A stretch of DNA of 64,000 nt, from NCBI GenBank assembly GCA_041750655.1, contig JBGSYZ010000007.1, positions 41,493 through 105,492 on the forward strand, written 5' to 3'. Positions 31,750 to 40,921 of this stretch are shown here, piece by piece. Both the position numbers and the translations under genes were made by a program. The DNA comes from Minisyncoccia bacterium (GTDB lineage Bacteria; Patescibacteriota; Minisyncoccia; Phycocordibacterales; UBA918). The notes beneath the pieces are model-generated. The model ran no database searches and was not told the origin of the DNA. It saw only the letters and a program-made list of their open reading frames with translations. Position 1 is the stretch's first letter, and every line of letters begins with the position of its first letter.

Positions 31750-31962
31750 ATGAGTAACATGAAAGATATCAAAGCCAAAAACGATACAGATTTGGCAACA
31801 TATGTTCAGGAAAAGCGCGAAGCAGTTCGTAAGTTCAGGTTTTCGCTAGCTGGGTCACGACCGCGAAACGTGCGACAAATTCGAGTAGATAAGAAAGAAG
31901 TCGCGCGTGCTTTGACCGAACAAACTTTGCGGACTAAGGAAGCTAAAGCAAATAGCAAATAA
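31750..31962 (+). CDS. rpmC: 50S ribosomal protein L29
   Basis: Position, size and KKEVARALT. Confidence 0.92.
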   Translation: MSNMKDIKAKNDTDLATYVQEKREAVRKFRFSLAGSRPRNVRQIRVDKKEVARALTEQTLRTKEAKANSK

Positions 31963-31967
31963 TTATT

Positions 31968-32243
31968 ATGGCAAACAAAGAAACAACAAATACTGCTGAA
32001 ACTACTACTAAAGGACGCGTCCTTCGTGGTCGAGTAGTATCAACTAAGATGCAAGATACGATTGCAGTTATTGTGGACCGCTACGTAAAACATCCAAAGT
32101 ACAAGAAATTCCAGAAGCGAAGTAAGAAATTTTTGGTACATGACGCTGGTAATACTGCTAACGAAGGAGATTTGGTTTCAATTCGCGAAGTGGCTCCAAT
32201 GAGTAAAAGAAAACACTTCACTCTCATAACCGATACTAAATAA
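31968..32243 (+). CDS. rpsQ: 30S ribosomal protein S17
   Basis: GRVVSTKMQDT, HPKYKK, PMSKRK. Confidence 0.98.
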   Translation: MANKETTNTAETTTKGRVLRGRVVSTKMQDTIAVIVDRYVKHPKYKKFQKRSKKFLVHDAGNTANEGDLVSIREVAPMSKRKHFTLITDTK

Positions 32244-32249
32244 ACGCGT

Positions 32250-32621
32250 ATGATTCAACCTCAAACAATAGTAAAAATAACCGATAACACAGGAGCCAAA
32301 GTTGGTCGTGTATTTAAGGTACTTGGTGGTTCAAAGAAGCGTTACGCTGAACTCGGAGAAATGGTAGTACTGTCTGTACAAACAGCCGAACCGCGTAAGC
32401 AAGTAAAAAAGAAAGATGTGGTGTACGGAATTATCGTGCGTCAACGAAAGCCATTTCGTCGTAAGGATGGTTCGTACATCAGTTTTGATGACAATGCCGT
32501 AGTCTTGGTCGACAAAGAAAAGAAAGAGCCAAAAGCCAACCGTGTGTTTGGTCCAATCCCACGCGAAATTGCTGAGGCAGGTTACCAGAAAATAGTTTCC
32601 CTCGCTCCTGAGGTTGTGTAA
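32250..32621 (+). CDS. rplN: 50S ribosomal protein L14
   Basis: DNTGAK, FDDNAVV, RVFGPI, SLAPEV. Confidence 0.99.
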   Translation: MIQPQTIVKITDNTGAKVGRVFKVLGGSKKRYAELGEMVVLSVQTAEPRKQVKKKDVVYGIIVRQRKPFRRKDGSYISFDDNAVVLVDKEKKEPKANRVFGPIPREIAEAGYQKIVSLAPEVV

Positions 32622-32631
32622 TACATTTCAT

Positions 32632-32943
32632 ATGAAAATCAAAAAAGGAGACAAAGTAATTGTGCTATCAGGCAAAGAAAAAGGCAAGACCGGAAAGGTT
32701 GAACGGGTGCTGGCTGAAAGCAACCAAGTAATTGTTGAAGGAATCAACACTGTCACTCGACACTCAAAGAACAAACGAGTTCGTTCTCATGGTCAAATCA
32801 TCGAGAAACAAATGCCGATCAACGCTTCGAAAGTCGGAGTAGTAGTAGACGGTAAACCGGTTAGGGTTGGGTTCGTCTTTGAAGGAGAAGGTGACAAGAG
32901 AAAGAAGGTTCGCGTTGCTCGACCAAGCGGTACTAAGATTTAA
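32632..32943 (+). CDS. rplX: 50S ribosomal protein L24
   Basis: MKIKKGDKVIVLSGKEKGKTG. Confidence 0.98.
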   Translation: MKIKKGDKVIVLSGKEKGKTGKVERVLAESNQVIVEGINTVTRHSKNKRVRSHGQIIEKQMPINASKVGVVVDGKPVRVGFVFEGEGDKRKKVRVARPSGTKI

Positions 32944-32947
32944 TACA

Positions 32948-33493
32948 ATGCCTATGGAAATGCTAAAAGACAAAATGAATACTGCGTTTGATGCCATGAA
33001 AAAAGATTTCGGGTACACAAACGTTATGCAAACCCCAAAGATAACTAAGGTAGTAGTTTCAACTGGTACTGGTAAAGTTGATGATAAAGGTAAGTTGGAA
33101 ATCATTAAAGATCGTCTTGCTACTATCACTGGTCAAAAGGCCTCACCACGACCAGCCAAGCAATCAATCGCGTCCTTTAAATTGCGTGAAGGCGATATTA
33201 TTGGGTATCAAGTGACCTTGCGAGGGAAGCGTATGCACGATTTCCTTAATAAGCTTATTCACGTAGCATTACCACAGACTCGTGACTTTCGTGGTCTTAA
33301 GGTAACAGCTATTGATGAGATGGGTAATATTACTCTGGGTATTAAGGAACATTCTATCTTCCCCGAAACTGCTGATGAGGACTTGCGAGATATTTTCTCT
33401 TTAGCTGTGACTATTGTGACTACAGCTAAGAATAAGGCTGAAGCCGAGGCGTTGCTGAGACATATTGGCTTGCCGTTGCAAAAAGTCGAATAG
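32948..33493 (+). CDS. rplE: 50S ribosomal protein L5
   Basis: ITGQK, FKLREG, VTLRG, RDFRG. Confidence 0.99.
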   Translation: MPMEMLKDKMNTAFDAMKKDFGYTNVMQTPKITKVVVSTGTGKVDDKGKLEIIKDRLATITGQKASPRPAKQSIASFKLREGDIIGYQVTLRGKRMHDFLNKLIHVALPQTRDFRGLKVTAIDEMGNITLGIKEHSIFPETADEDLRDIFSLAVTIVTTAKNKAEAEALLRHIGLPLQKVE

Positions 33494-33681
33494 ACTTTTT
33501 AGGAAGCAAACTGCTTTGCTTCCGGCAACGGTAAGAAGCACAGCGATGTCACAGCTATTCCTAATGCTGTGACCGCGAGCTGGGGTCGACAGTACTTACT
33601 ATAATTTGCACGAAGTGAAAAATTATAGTTAGTAACTGGTGACAGCCGTTGCAGAAGCCAGTTGAAGAAGTGACTAAATAG
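33470..33681 (+). mobile_element. Family A structured element at the rplE 3' end with split antisense and target duplication
   Basis: Target 33470-33487; antisense 33493-33500 plus 33525-33534 split by ggaagcaaa-ctgc-tttgcttcc; scaffold to 33637; repeat at 33645-33657. Confidence 0.75.
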
Positions 33682-33703
33682 TTTTAACTATACATACTAA
33701 GTG

Positions 33704-33736
33704 AAAGAACGGCGGCCCCTAGGGCCGCCGTTCTTT
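33704..33736 (+). terminator. Terminator after rplE and the element
   Basis: aaagaacggcggccc-cta-gggccgccgttcttt. Confidence 0.85.
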
Positions 33737-33807
33737 CGTCGTCTTTGTGATTCCAATATTAAAAAACGGGCGGGGCTGTTGCCCCGCCCGTTAAAAGAGC
33801 AGTAGTA

Positions 33808-34515
33808 CTATTCGGCCGGTAATTGATTGGCGGCGGTCATCGAGCGCAGCTTTTCAACAAGAGTATGAACCTCCTCGCCGACCTCACTTGGCGCCGGTTC
33901 TTCCATTTTTTGTTCAACCATAAAGTCAATGATTTGGTTAACAGCCGACAGTAGTTCGCGTTTTTCCGATAGCCGCATTAGGCCACCGTTGGTATCAAGG
34001 TGTTGGAGTAATTCTTCCAATAACTTTTCCATCTGGCCAAGAACAGCGGTTGCTTCATCCTCTTCTTTCTGTAAAGCTTGGGCGAGACTGAAACAACCCT
34101 TATTTCTTAGGAAATTATCCTTTGTACCGGTTACATATCGATACATGGCCGTTTCCACCACTGCCGCTAGGTTTAGTTCAAGGAACTCAGTTCGGGCGGC
34201 TGTGGTGACTGATGTACTCATGCCAAAGCACATAAGGGCCAGCAAAGCGGGTAAAAGCATAATCAGAGCCAAAACCAGAACGCTGAACCAATGTAGTTCA
34301 AACGGAGCGGTGTGCCACCACTCGTAGTACGTACTAGACAATTCCAGCACCAAATAGCCGGTGACCAGGAATAATCCTGATAAGCACCAACCGCCGAATC
34401 TCCACCATTTTCCAGGCTTCAGCGCCTGCTTGATGTCGTGTTGGCGCTGATATTGGACACGCTCATGTGCTTCCTGTGCAGTCAGCGGCCGCACTTCCTG
34501 TATAACAGTGGTCAT
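33808..34515 (-). CDS. Orphan two-TM protein with helical C-terminus (cassette)
   Basis: GGGAAGGG SD before ATG 34515, TTGACT -35, hairpin at about 33764-33792. Confidence 0.7.
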   Translation of the reverse strand: MTTVIQEVRPLTAQEAHERVQYQRQHDIKQALKPGKWWRFGGWCLSGLFLVTGYLVLELSSTYYEWWHTAPFELHWFSVLVLALIMLLPALLALMCFGMSTSVTTAARTEFLELNLAAVVETAMYRYVTGTKDNFLRNKGCFSLAQALQKEEDEATAVLGQMEKLLEELLQHLDTNGGLMRLSEKRELLSAVNQIIDFMVEQKMEEPAPSEVGEEVHTLVEKLRSMTAANQLPAE

Positions 34516-34769
34516 TTTCACCCTTCCCAAGGTTGATTTTCCATATAAAACAATACCTTGAAAAATTTTATAGTCAATATACAGATGATACAAATGGCGA
34601 TTAGAGGTTGCTATTTATACATATTCAGGTATAGTAGCTCGCATTACGACCAGGAGAGATTTTGGTGGTGAAGGTGAGCTTTGGCGTTAGCCATTGCGAG
34701 CCGGATTATTAGGAGACAAGGTCGTCAATTCTAGACGAAACCAGTCTCAAACATTAAATACTTCATTCA

Positions 34770-34955
34770 ATGGCACGAAAGTCTATTATTGCGCGCGCGA
34801 AGCGCGAGCCGAAGTTCAAAAGCCGCGTAGTTCATCGTTGCTTTAAGTGTGGTCGAAAACGAGGTTACATGCGTGACTTCGATATGTGTCGAGTTTGCTT
34901 CCGCGAAGCGGCACTAGAGGGACATATACCAGGTATAAAGAAATCATCATGGTAA
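34770..34955 (+). CDS. rpsN: 30S ribosomal protein S14, zinc-binding type
   Basis: 61 aa with CFKC and CRVC. Confidence 0.98.
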   Translation: MARKSIIARAKREPKFKSRVVHRCFKCGRKRGYMRDFDMCRVCFREAALEGHIPGIKKSSW

Positions 34956-35341
34956 GCGACACAGTAGGAGATTTCATCATCCAGCTTAAGAATGCTGGAG
35001 CGGTAGGCAAGGGCGAAATTACTTTGCCATATTCAAAACTAAAGCACGCGATTGCCGATAAGCTTGTAGCGGCTGGTTTTATTACTAGCGTGAATAAGAA
35101 AGGTAAAGGTGTCAAAAAAGAGCTGTCTATTGAGCTCAAATATGACAATGACCAACACTTTATCCGTGGTGTACAACGTATCAGCAAGCCTGGTCGTCGT
35201 CTGTACGCTGGCGTTGCTGAAATTCACCCAGTGAAATTTGGTCACGGAAAGCTTATTCTCTCAACCCCAGCAGGTATTTTGACTGACGACGAAGCACGTC
35301 ACCAAAACGTTGGCGGTGAGCAATTATTTAAAATTTGGTAA
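34949..35341 (+). CDS. rpsH: 30S ribosomal protein S8
   Basis: [19 protein letters not shown]. Confidence 0.98.
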   Translation: MVSDTVGDFIIQLKNAGAVGKGEITLPYSKLKHAIADKLVAAGFITSVNKKGKGVKKELSIELKYDNDQHFIRGVQRISKPGRRLYAGVAEIHPVKFGHGKLILSTPAGILTDDEARHQNVGGEQLFKIW

Positions 35342-35343
35342 GT

Positions 35344-35877
35344 ATGAGCAGACTAGGAAAACTACCAATAACGGTTCCGTCAGGCGTTGAAGCAACGTTG
35401 GCTGATGGAGTACTAACAGTGAAGGGTCCAAAAGGAACCCTTTCACGTAAACTCGTCAAAGAAGTAACAGTAACCATCGACAATGGTGAAATTGTAGTGG
35501 CTCCCGCTAAGGAGGATGGTTCAGCCAAGGCTTTGTGGGGAACATTCGCCGCTCACGCCAATAATATGGTGAAAGGTGTAACTGAAGGTTTTACTAAAGT
35601 TCTAGAGATTGAAGGAGTTGGGTATCGAGCAGAAATGAAGGGTGCCAACTTAGCTTTAAGTATGGGCTTTTCACACCCAGTCGAGATGGCACTTCCGGAA
35701 GGACTGTCCGCTACAGTAGAGAAGAACGTCATAACGATTACTGGTTCTGACAAAGAGGCGATCGGCCAATTTGCTGCTGACGTACGAAACGTTCGAAAGC
35801 CTGAGCCGTACAAAGGTAAAGGCATTCGGTATCAAGGTGAACACATTATTCGTAAGCAAGGTAAGAAGGCTGTGTAG
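35344..35877 (+). CDS. rplF: 50S ribosomal protein L6
   Basis: MSRLGKLPI, PEPYKGKGIRY. Confidence 0.99.
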   Translation: MSRLGKLPITVPSGVEATLADGVLTVKGPKGTLSRKLVKEVTVTIDNGEIVVAPAKEDGSAKALWGTFAAHANNMVKGVTEGFTKVLEIEGVGYRAEMKGANLALSMGFSHPVEMALPEGLSATVEKNVITITGSDKEAIGQFAADVRNVRKPEPYKGKGIRYQGEHIIRKQGKKAV

Positions 35878-35895
35878 TCTTGTAAATACATTCAT

Positions 35896-36246
35896 ATGAA
35901 CAAAACAGCACAAAAAACCCAAGAACGAAATCGACGACACGCGCGTATTCGCGCTCGGGTTACCGGAACAGAAGCCCGACCACGTCTGGCAGTATTTCGC
36001 AGTAATAAATACCTGTACGCTCAGCTTATAAACGATGAAACAGGCACCACTTTAGCTTCAGTTGATACACGTAAAATGAAGGGTGATAGTACAAGCGCTA
36101 AAGCCAGCGAGGCCGGAAAAGCGATTGCTGAAGCCGCTCAAAAATTAAAAATCGAGGCTGTAGTCTTTGACCGAGGTGGCTTCAAATACCAAGGTGGTAT
36201 TGCTGCTTTAGCGGATGGCGCTCGAGAAGGAGGACTAACGTTTTAG
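35896..36246 (+). CDS. rplR: 50S ribosomal protein L18
   Basis: RPRLAVFRSN, VVFDRGG. Confidence 0.99.
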   Translation: MNKTAQKTQERNRRHARIRARVTGTEARPRLAVFRSNKYLYAQLINDETGTTLASVDTRKMKGDSTSAKASEAGKAIAEAAQKLKIEAVVFDRGGFKYQGGIAALADGAREGGLTF

Positions 36247-36277
36247 CCAAACAAATTTAATTAATTAACAAACAAAC

Positions 36278-36955
36278 ATGTCAGAAAAAGAACAGGAAGC
36301 TACAACTACTCCCGAAGTAGAAAAGACAACCGATACGGTTGTCGCTGATGCACCTGTGGCTGAAAAGACGGAAGTGGCAAATGATGCTACAGACGCTACA
36401 GCTCCAGATGCTCGTCCTCGTCGCGGTGGTCCACGAGGTGGCGGTGATAAAAATGATCGTCGTAATCCACGTCGGGCTCGTCGTAATGATCGTCGTGGCG
36501 AACGACAAAAGCCAGAATTTGACCAGAAAATTATTAGCATCCGCCGCGTAACGCGTGTTATGGCTGGTGGTCGTCGTTTCTCATTTTCTGTGGCGATGGT
36601 GATTGGTGACAAGAAAGGAAAGGTGGGTGTAGGAATCGGCAAAGCCGGTGACACGCAGCTAGCGATCGAAAAGGCGGCTCGCAACGCTAAGAAAAATCTG
36701 TTCACTGTACCAGTCAACAAAGACATGCACATTCCTCATGACGTGCAGGTGAAGTATGCTTCAAGTGAAGTTATGATTATGCCAGCTCCTGGTCGTGGAC
36801 TCGTAGCCGGTTCTTCAGTGCGAACTGTACTTGAACTAGCGGGGGTAAAGGATGTGACTGCTAAGGTCTTCTCTCGTTCAAAGAACAAGTTAAATAATGC
36901 TAGAGCTGCTATCTTAGCGTTGAAGCAACTACGAGTTAATTCATCACAAAAATAG
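36278..36955 (+). CDS. rpsE: 30S ribosomal protein S5
   Basis: RVTRVMAGGRRFSFS, VLELAGV. Confidence 0.99.
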   Translation: MSEKEQEATTTPEVEKTTDTVVADAPVAEKTEVANDATDATAPDARPRRGGPRGGGDKNDRRNPRRARRNDRRGERQKPEFDQKIISIRRVTRVMAGGRRFSFSVAMVIGDKKGKVGVGIGKAGDTQLAIEKAARNAKKNLFTVPVNKDMHIPHDVQVKYASSEVMIMPAPGRGLVAGSSVRTVLELAGVKDVTAKVFSRSKNKLNNARAAILALKQLRVNSSQK

Positions 36956-37013
36956 TATGCACTCAGGAGCACTAAGTGTTTCTAAAACTCATTAATCATT
37001 CGTTAAGAAATCT

Positions 37014-37460
37014 ATGCAGTTACATGAACTAAAACCGAATACAAAAAAGAAGACAGCTCGACGAATTGGTCGCGGTGGTAAGCGCGGTAAAACGTCTGGT
37101 CGTGGTATGAAAGGACAAACTGCCCGTGCTGGTAACAGTACTCGTCCTGAAATGCGAGATATAATCAAGAAATTACCAAAACTTCGTGGTCATGGTAAAA
37201 ACCGAGCTAAGACAGTAAACGCCGATAAGATTCTTCCAACAGTTATCAATGTATCAGCTCTAGAACAGCTAGAAGCTGGGACAGCAGTAAACCCAAAAAG
37301 CTTAGTAGCGATTGGTTTGGTTAATGCACGTCGTAAGAAAGCCCCAGTGGTAAAAATTCTTGGAAATGGGGAACTTACCAAGAAATTGACTATAACTGAT
37401 TGTCTGGTTTCTAAAACAGCTAAAGACAAGATTGAAAAGGTGGGAGGTAGTGTGGCGTAA
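37014..37460 (+). CDS. rplO: 50S ribosomal protein L15
   Basis: GKTSGRGMKGQTAR, VKILGNG. Confidence 0.98.
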   Translation: MQLHELKPNTKKKTARRIGRGGKRGKTSGRGMKGQTARAGNSTRPEMRDIIKKLPKLRGHGKNRAKTVNADKILPTVINVSALEQLEAGTAVNPKSLVAIGLVNARRKKAPVVKILGNGELTKKLTITDCLVSKTAKDKIEKVGGSVA

Positions 37461-37536
37461 ACTCGCTTCACTACAGGGAGTAGGCTACAATAGTCTACAC
37501 AAACATTGTACGTAATTACGGTATATCCGACTTCTT

Positions 37537-38808
37537 ATGGATACATTCATCCACAAACTAAAAATTATTATCAAAGATAAAAGTATTCGCAATCGGATTC
37601 TTTTCGTACTCGGAGCATTAATTGTCTTCCGAGCCTTGGCGGCAATTCCAATTCCTGGAGTCGATATTTTCGTACTACAAGAATTTTTCAGCAATAACCA
37701 ATTCTTGGGGCTCATGAACATCTTTTCAGGTGGTGGATTAGCTAACCTCTCGATTGTGATGCTTGGAGTCGGTCCGTATATTACAGCGTCTATCATCATG
37801 CAGTTGATGACGGTGATGTCTCCGGCTCTAAAATCTATGCAGACAGAAGACGGTGAAGCTGGTAAGCAGAAATTCATGCAATACAGTCGTATGCTGACGT
37901 TGCCACTAGCCATCCTTCAAGCCTTTGGTTTTCTGACATTGCTTCAGAACCAGGGCGTCATTGCTGGGCTTGATACTTTTGGTTTTGTTACCAACGTGAT
38001 TCTTGTGGTAGCTGGCTCGATGCTACTGATGTGGATTGGTGAGCTAGTGACTGAATACGGTATTGGAAACGGAGTATCCATTCTTATCTTTGCAGGTATA
38101 GTGGCTTCGATTCCGACTACCATTTCTCAGTTATTCTTCAGCTACAATCCATCACAGTTACCGCTGTACTTAGGGGCAACCTTAGTGACCTTTATCATCA
38201 CCTACGCAGTAGTAGTAATGACTGAAGCCGAACGGCCAGTGCCAATTACGTATTCTAAGCAGGTGCGCGGAGGAAAGACGTATGGCGGGACTCAGACGTA
38301 TCTGCCGCTTCGTCTCAATCAAGCGGGTGTGATTCCAATTATCTTTGCCCTCTCTATTCTTTTGTTCCCGCAAATGGCTATTAATATCCTAGCAACTTTC
38401 AATTGGCCATGGGTAGCGACGTTCTCAGATTACGTACTACGTTTCTTCAATAACTTGCCACTGTATGCGGCGGTATACTTTGTATTCGTATTTCTCTTTA
38501 CCTTCTTCTACACCGCGGTAACCTTTGATCCAGAGTCAGTATCAAAGAACCTGCAACGCAATGGTGCTTTTATTCCTGGAATTCGTCCTGGTGGTCAAAC
38601 TTCCGATTATCTTGGCAACTTAGTCACACGTCTTACGTTAGTAGGAGCCATTTTCCTCAGTTTGGTTGCAGTACTCCCGATCGGGATGCAAATTGTGACC
38701 GGAGTAGCAGCACTGTCTATTGGTGGTACGGCGCTTCTTATTGTGGTGAATGTGGTACTCGATCTCATCCGACGCATCGACGCCCAAGTCTCACTGAGAG
38801 AGTATTAA
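37537..38808 (+). CDS. secY: Preprotein translocase SecY
   Basis: LGVGPYITASII, GVIPIIFA, IPGIRPG. Confidence 0.99.
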   Translation: MDTFIHKLKIIIKDKSIRNRILFVLGALIVFRALAAIPIPGVDIFVLQEFFSNNQFLGLMNIFSGGGLANLSIVMLGVGPYITASIIMQLMTVMSPALKSMQTEDGEAGKQKFMQYSRMLTLPLAILQAFGFLTLLQNQGVIAGLDTFGFVTNVILVVAGSMLLMWIGELVTEYGIGNGVSILIFAGIVASIPTTISQLFFSYNPSQLPLYLGATLVTFIITYAVVVMTEAERPVPITYSKQVRGGKTYGGTQTYLPLRLNQAGVIPIIFALSILLFPQMAINILATFNWPWVATFSDYVLRFFNNLPLYAAVYFVFVFLFTFFYTAVTFDPESVSKNLQRNGAFIPGIRPGGQTSDYLGNLVTRLTLVGAIFLSLVAVLPIGMQIVTGVAALSIGGTALLIVVNVVLDLIRRIDAQVSLREY

Positions 38809-38919
38809 ATCATTTAATACTTCGTTGCATTGCAGAAAAAGCGCCTCGCTGTACAACTAGTACACCTCGGGCGTTTTTTAAGTGTGCGCCTCGTCTAAAA
38901 CGATTTACTATTTCTCTCA
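38795..38919. repeat. Family C palindromic element overlapping the secY stop
   Basis: ACTTCGTTG/CTCGCTG/CGCCTCGT core shared with 42809-42932; ends pair with the gene 3' end. Confidence 0.7.
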
Positions 38920-38961
38920 ACCTTGGTGAAGAATATAGATTTTAAGGTGACTCAACCAAAG

Positions 38962-38996
38962 CAAAAGTCGCGTGCCCGAAGGGCACGCGACTTTTG
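38962..38996. terminator. Bidirectional terminator
   Basis: caaaagtcgcgtgccc-gaa-gggcacgcgacttttg. Confidence 0.85.
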
Positions 38997-38998
38997 TT

Positions 38999-39616
38999 TC
39001 ATTGCAACGACTGACCGACACTGGCGCGTTCAATCTTTTGTTTCCATTTTTCAGTACGGAGCCAGAGTTTGTATTCATCGAAAATTTTGAGCGCTACACT
39101 CATGGGATTGTTTTGAGCGGTGTCGATAACTAAGTCAAAATGAGATGGATGATAGGGGTTGATACCATATAGTTTTTCGTAGCGGCGTCGCTCACTGTCC
39201 ATGCGTTCGCGTATACCGTTCTCTACCTCACTGACGTCTATGGCGTATTCGGCACTTTTCATCCGGCTGTCGATATCATGAAAAATTCGAGCCGCTGCCA
39301 CATCCATATCTAAATACAAAAATACTTTAAAAGAGTCAGGAATCCAGTGGAAGCCTAAGCGAGCGTCAACAATATACTGATCCTGATTGGCGTACTTTTT
39401 AATTTCTTCATCAATCTCGCGGTCAATCCCCTCTTCATTCTCAGCAATTTTATTGAGTTGCCCAAGTGACAAACCTCGTCGTTTAGCAATTTCGCGCACC
39501 ACCGCTCCTGAATAAAACCGTTGGTAACCTAATAGCTTAGAAAGTTGTTCAGCGGTCGAGGACTTACCACTGCCCGGTCGGCCAGAAATTGTAATAATGT
39601 GTTTTTTTTGTTGCAT
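38999..39616 (-). CDS. cmk: Cytidylate kinase, archaeal-type
   Basis: ISGRPGSGKSS, DARLGFH, RRYEKLYGI, FDLVIDT. Confidence 0.8.
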   Translation of the reverse strand: MQQKKHIITISGRPGSGKSSTAEQLSKLLGYQRFYSGAVVREIAKRRGLSLGQLNKIAENEEGIDREIDEEIKKYANQDQYIVDARLGFHWIPDSFKVFLYLDMDVAAARIFHDIDSRMKSAEYAIDVSEVENGIRERMDSERRRYEKLYGINPYHPSHFDLVIDTAQNNPMSVALKIFDEYKLWLRTEKWKQKIERASVGQSLQ

Positions 39617-39677
39617 AGATTTCGTAGTGAATGAAATGATTCCGAGAAACACTTAGTGCTTGGGAATTACTTTCTAT

Positions 39678-40250
39678 CTATAATACACGCCACACATTGA
39701 ATGCGGCAATAATCTCTTGCGCCACTTCCTCAGCTTTCATGTCGCTGTTGTCTATTACTAAATCAAATTGGGATACGTCGTACACGTTAATCCCATAATG
39801 TTTCATGTAGCGTAGTTTGTGGTTCTCAATACGTTTCTTGGTACGCTCTAAAGCTTCTTCGTAACTAGCCATACTATCACCACTTTTTACTCTGATGGAT
39901 GCGTTGCGATCCTCGTAGATGCGTTTGGCAGAGGTTTCAATGGGAATCATCAAAAACACCTTAAAGCCACTCGGAATGAAATGAAAACCAATATGAGCGT
40001 CAACTACATATTCGTTTTCCTCTTTTTCTATGCGTTTTTGTTCTTCATCAATCAGATGGTCCAATTCCTCACCTTCCTTTGCAATATACTCATTCAGCTC
40101 CTCCAAAGTCATACCTCGTTCTTGAGCTAATTGGCGGCTAAAATCACCGGCTGAGAAAGATTTGTAACCTAATTTCTCAGCTAGTATTTTTCGGACAGTA
40201 GACTTTCCGCTCCCAGGGTAGCCGCCGATGACAATAATGTCTTTCTTCAT
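39678..40250 (-). CDS. cmk: Cytidylate kinase, archaeal-type (second paralogue)
   Basis: GGYPGSGKST, DAHIGFH, RYMKHYGI, FDLVID. Confidence 0.75.
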   Translation of the reverse strand: MKKDIIVIGGYPGSGKSTVRKILAEKLGYKSFSAGDFSRQLAQERGMTLEELNEYIAKEGEELDHLIDEEQKRIEKEENEYVVDAHIGFHFIPSGFKVFLMIPIETSAKRIYEDRNASIRVKSGDSMASYEEALERTKKRIENHKLRYMKHYGINVYDVSQFDLVIDNSDMKAEEVAQEIIAAFNVWRVL

Positions 40251-40324
40251 GCTGCCTAGAATACCATATTGACATTGGAGTTTTGGCTTGTATTTTCGCG
40301 TAAGTTACGTACACTTAACTCGAT

Positions 40325-40921
40325 ATGCATCCAAAAACTGTTATATTTATTGGTCCACAGGGTAGTGGAAAAGGTACACAAATCGCCAAGCTTAAAGAGG
40401 TCTTAGAAACCAAAGATACCGGACGAAGAGTAGTCGATATCCAGACTGGTCGGCGTTTCCGAGCGCTGGCCGCCAAGCAAGAAACCTTTGCGGAGGAAAA
40501 AGTGGCCGCTACACTCGACTCCGGAGTTCTTCAGCCAGATTTCTTAGTAGCAGTCTTGTGGGGACAAGCGATGATCGATCAGCTCGACGATAAGAGTCAT
40601 CTGCTCATCGACGGTTTCCCGCGCACAGTAGCGCAGGTGGCTGATCTAGAAGATGCGTTTAAATTTTTTGAACGAACCCAGATTGAAATAATAAATCTTG
40701 AGACTCCTGAAGCAGTAGTCCGAGATCGAATGTATAGCCGCGCTCGCGTAGATGACACCGATGCATCGATTGAAGAACGATTACGTTGGTATCGAGAAGA
40801 TACGTTGCCGGTCGTGGAATATTTCCGCCACCGTCAAAATACTATTGTGCATGATGTGGATGGTACTAGCACCATCGAAGTGGTGCATGCCGATATTTTG
40901 ACTGCTTTGCAACTTACATAA
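40325..40921 (+). CDS. adk: Adenylate kinase (short LID)
   Basis: GPQGSGKGTQ, IDGFPR, R.DD; directly upstream of map. Confidence 0.9.
   Translation: MHPKTVIFIGPQGSGKGTQIAKLKEVLETKDTGRRVVDIQTGRRFRALAAKQETFAEEKVAATLDSGVLQPDFLVAVLWGQAMIDQLDDKSHLLIDGFPRTVAQVADLEDAFKFFERTQIEIINLETPEAVVRDRMYSRARVDDTDASIEERLRWYREDTLPVVEYFRHRQNTIVHDVDGTSTIEVVHADILTALQLT

Noticed and set aside
33493-33645. Group I or II intron in rplE
   Set aside because: About 150 nt, with no recognisable P7 core or domain V, and it lies at or after the stop codon.
14606-38373. Many antisense or alternate-frame ORFs over fusA, tuf, ribosomal genes and secY
   Set aside because: Shadow ORFs of conserved genes.
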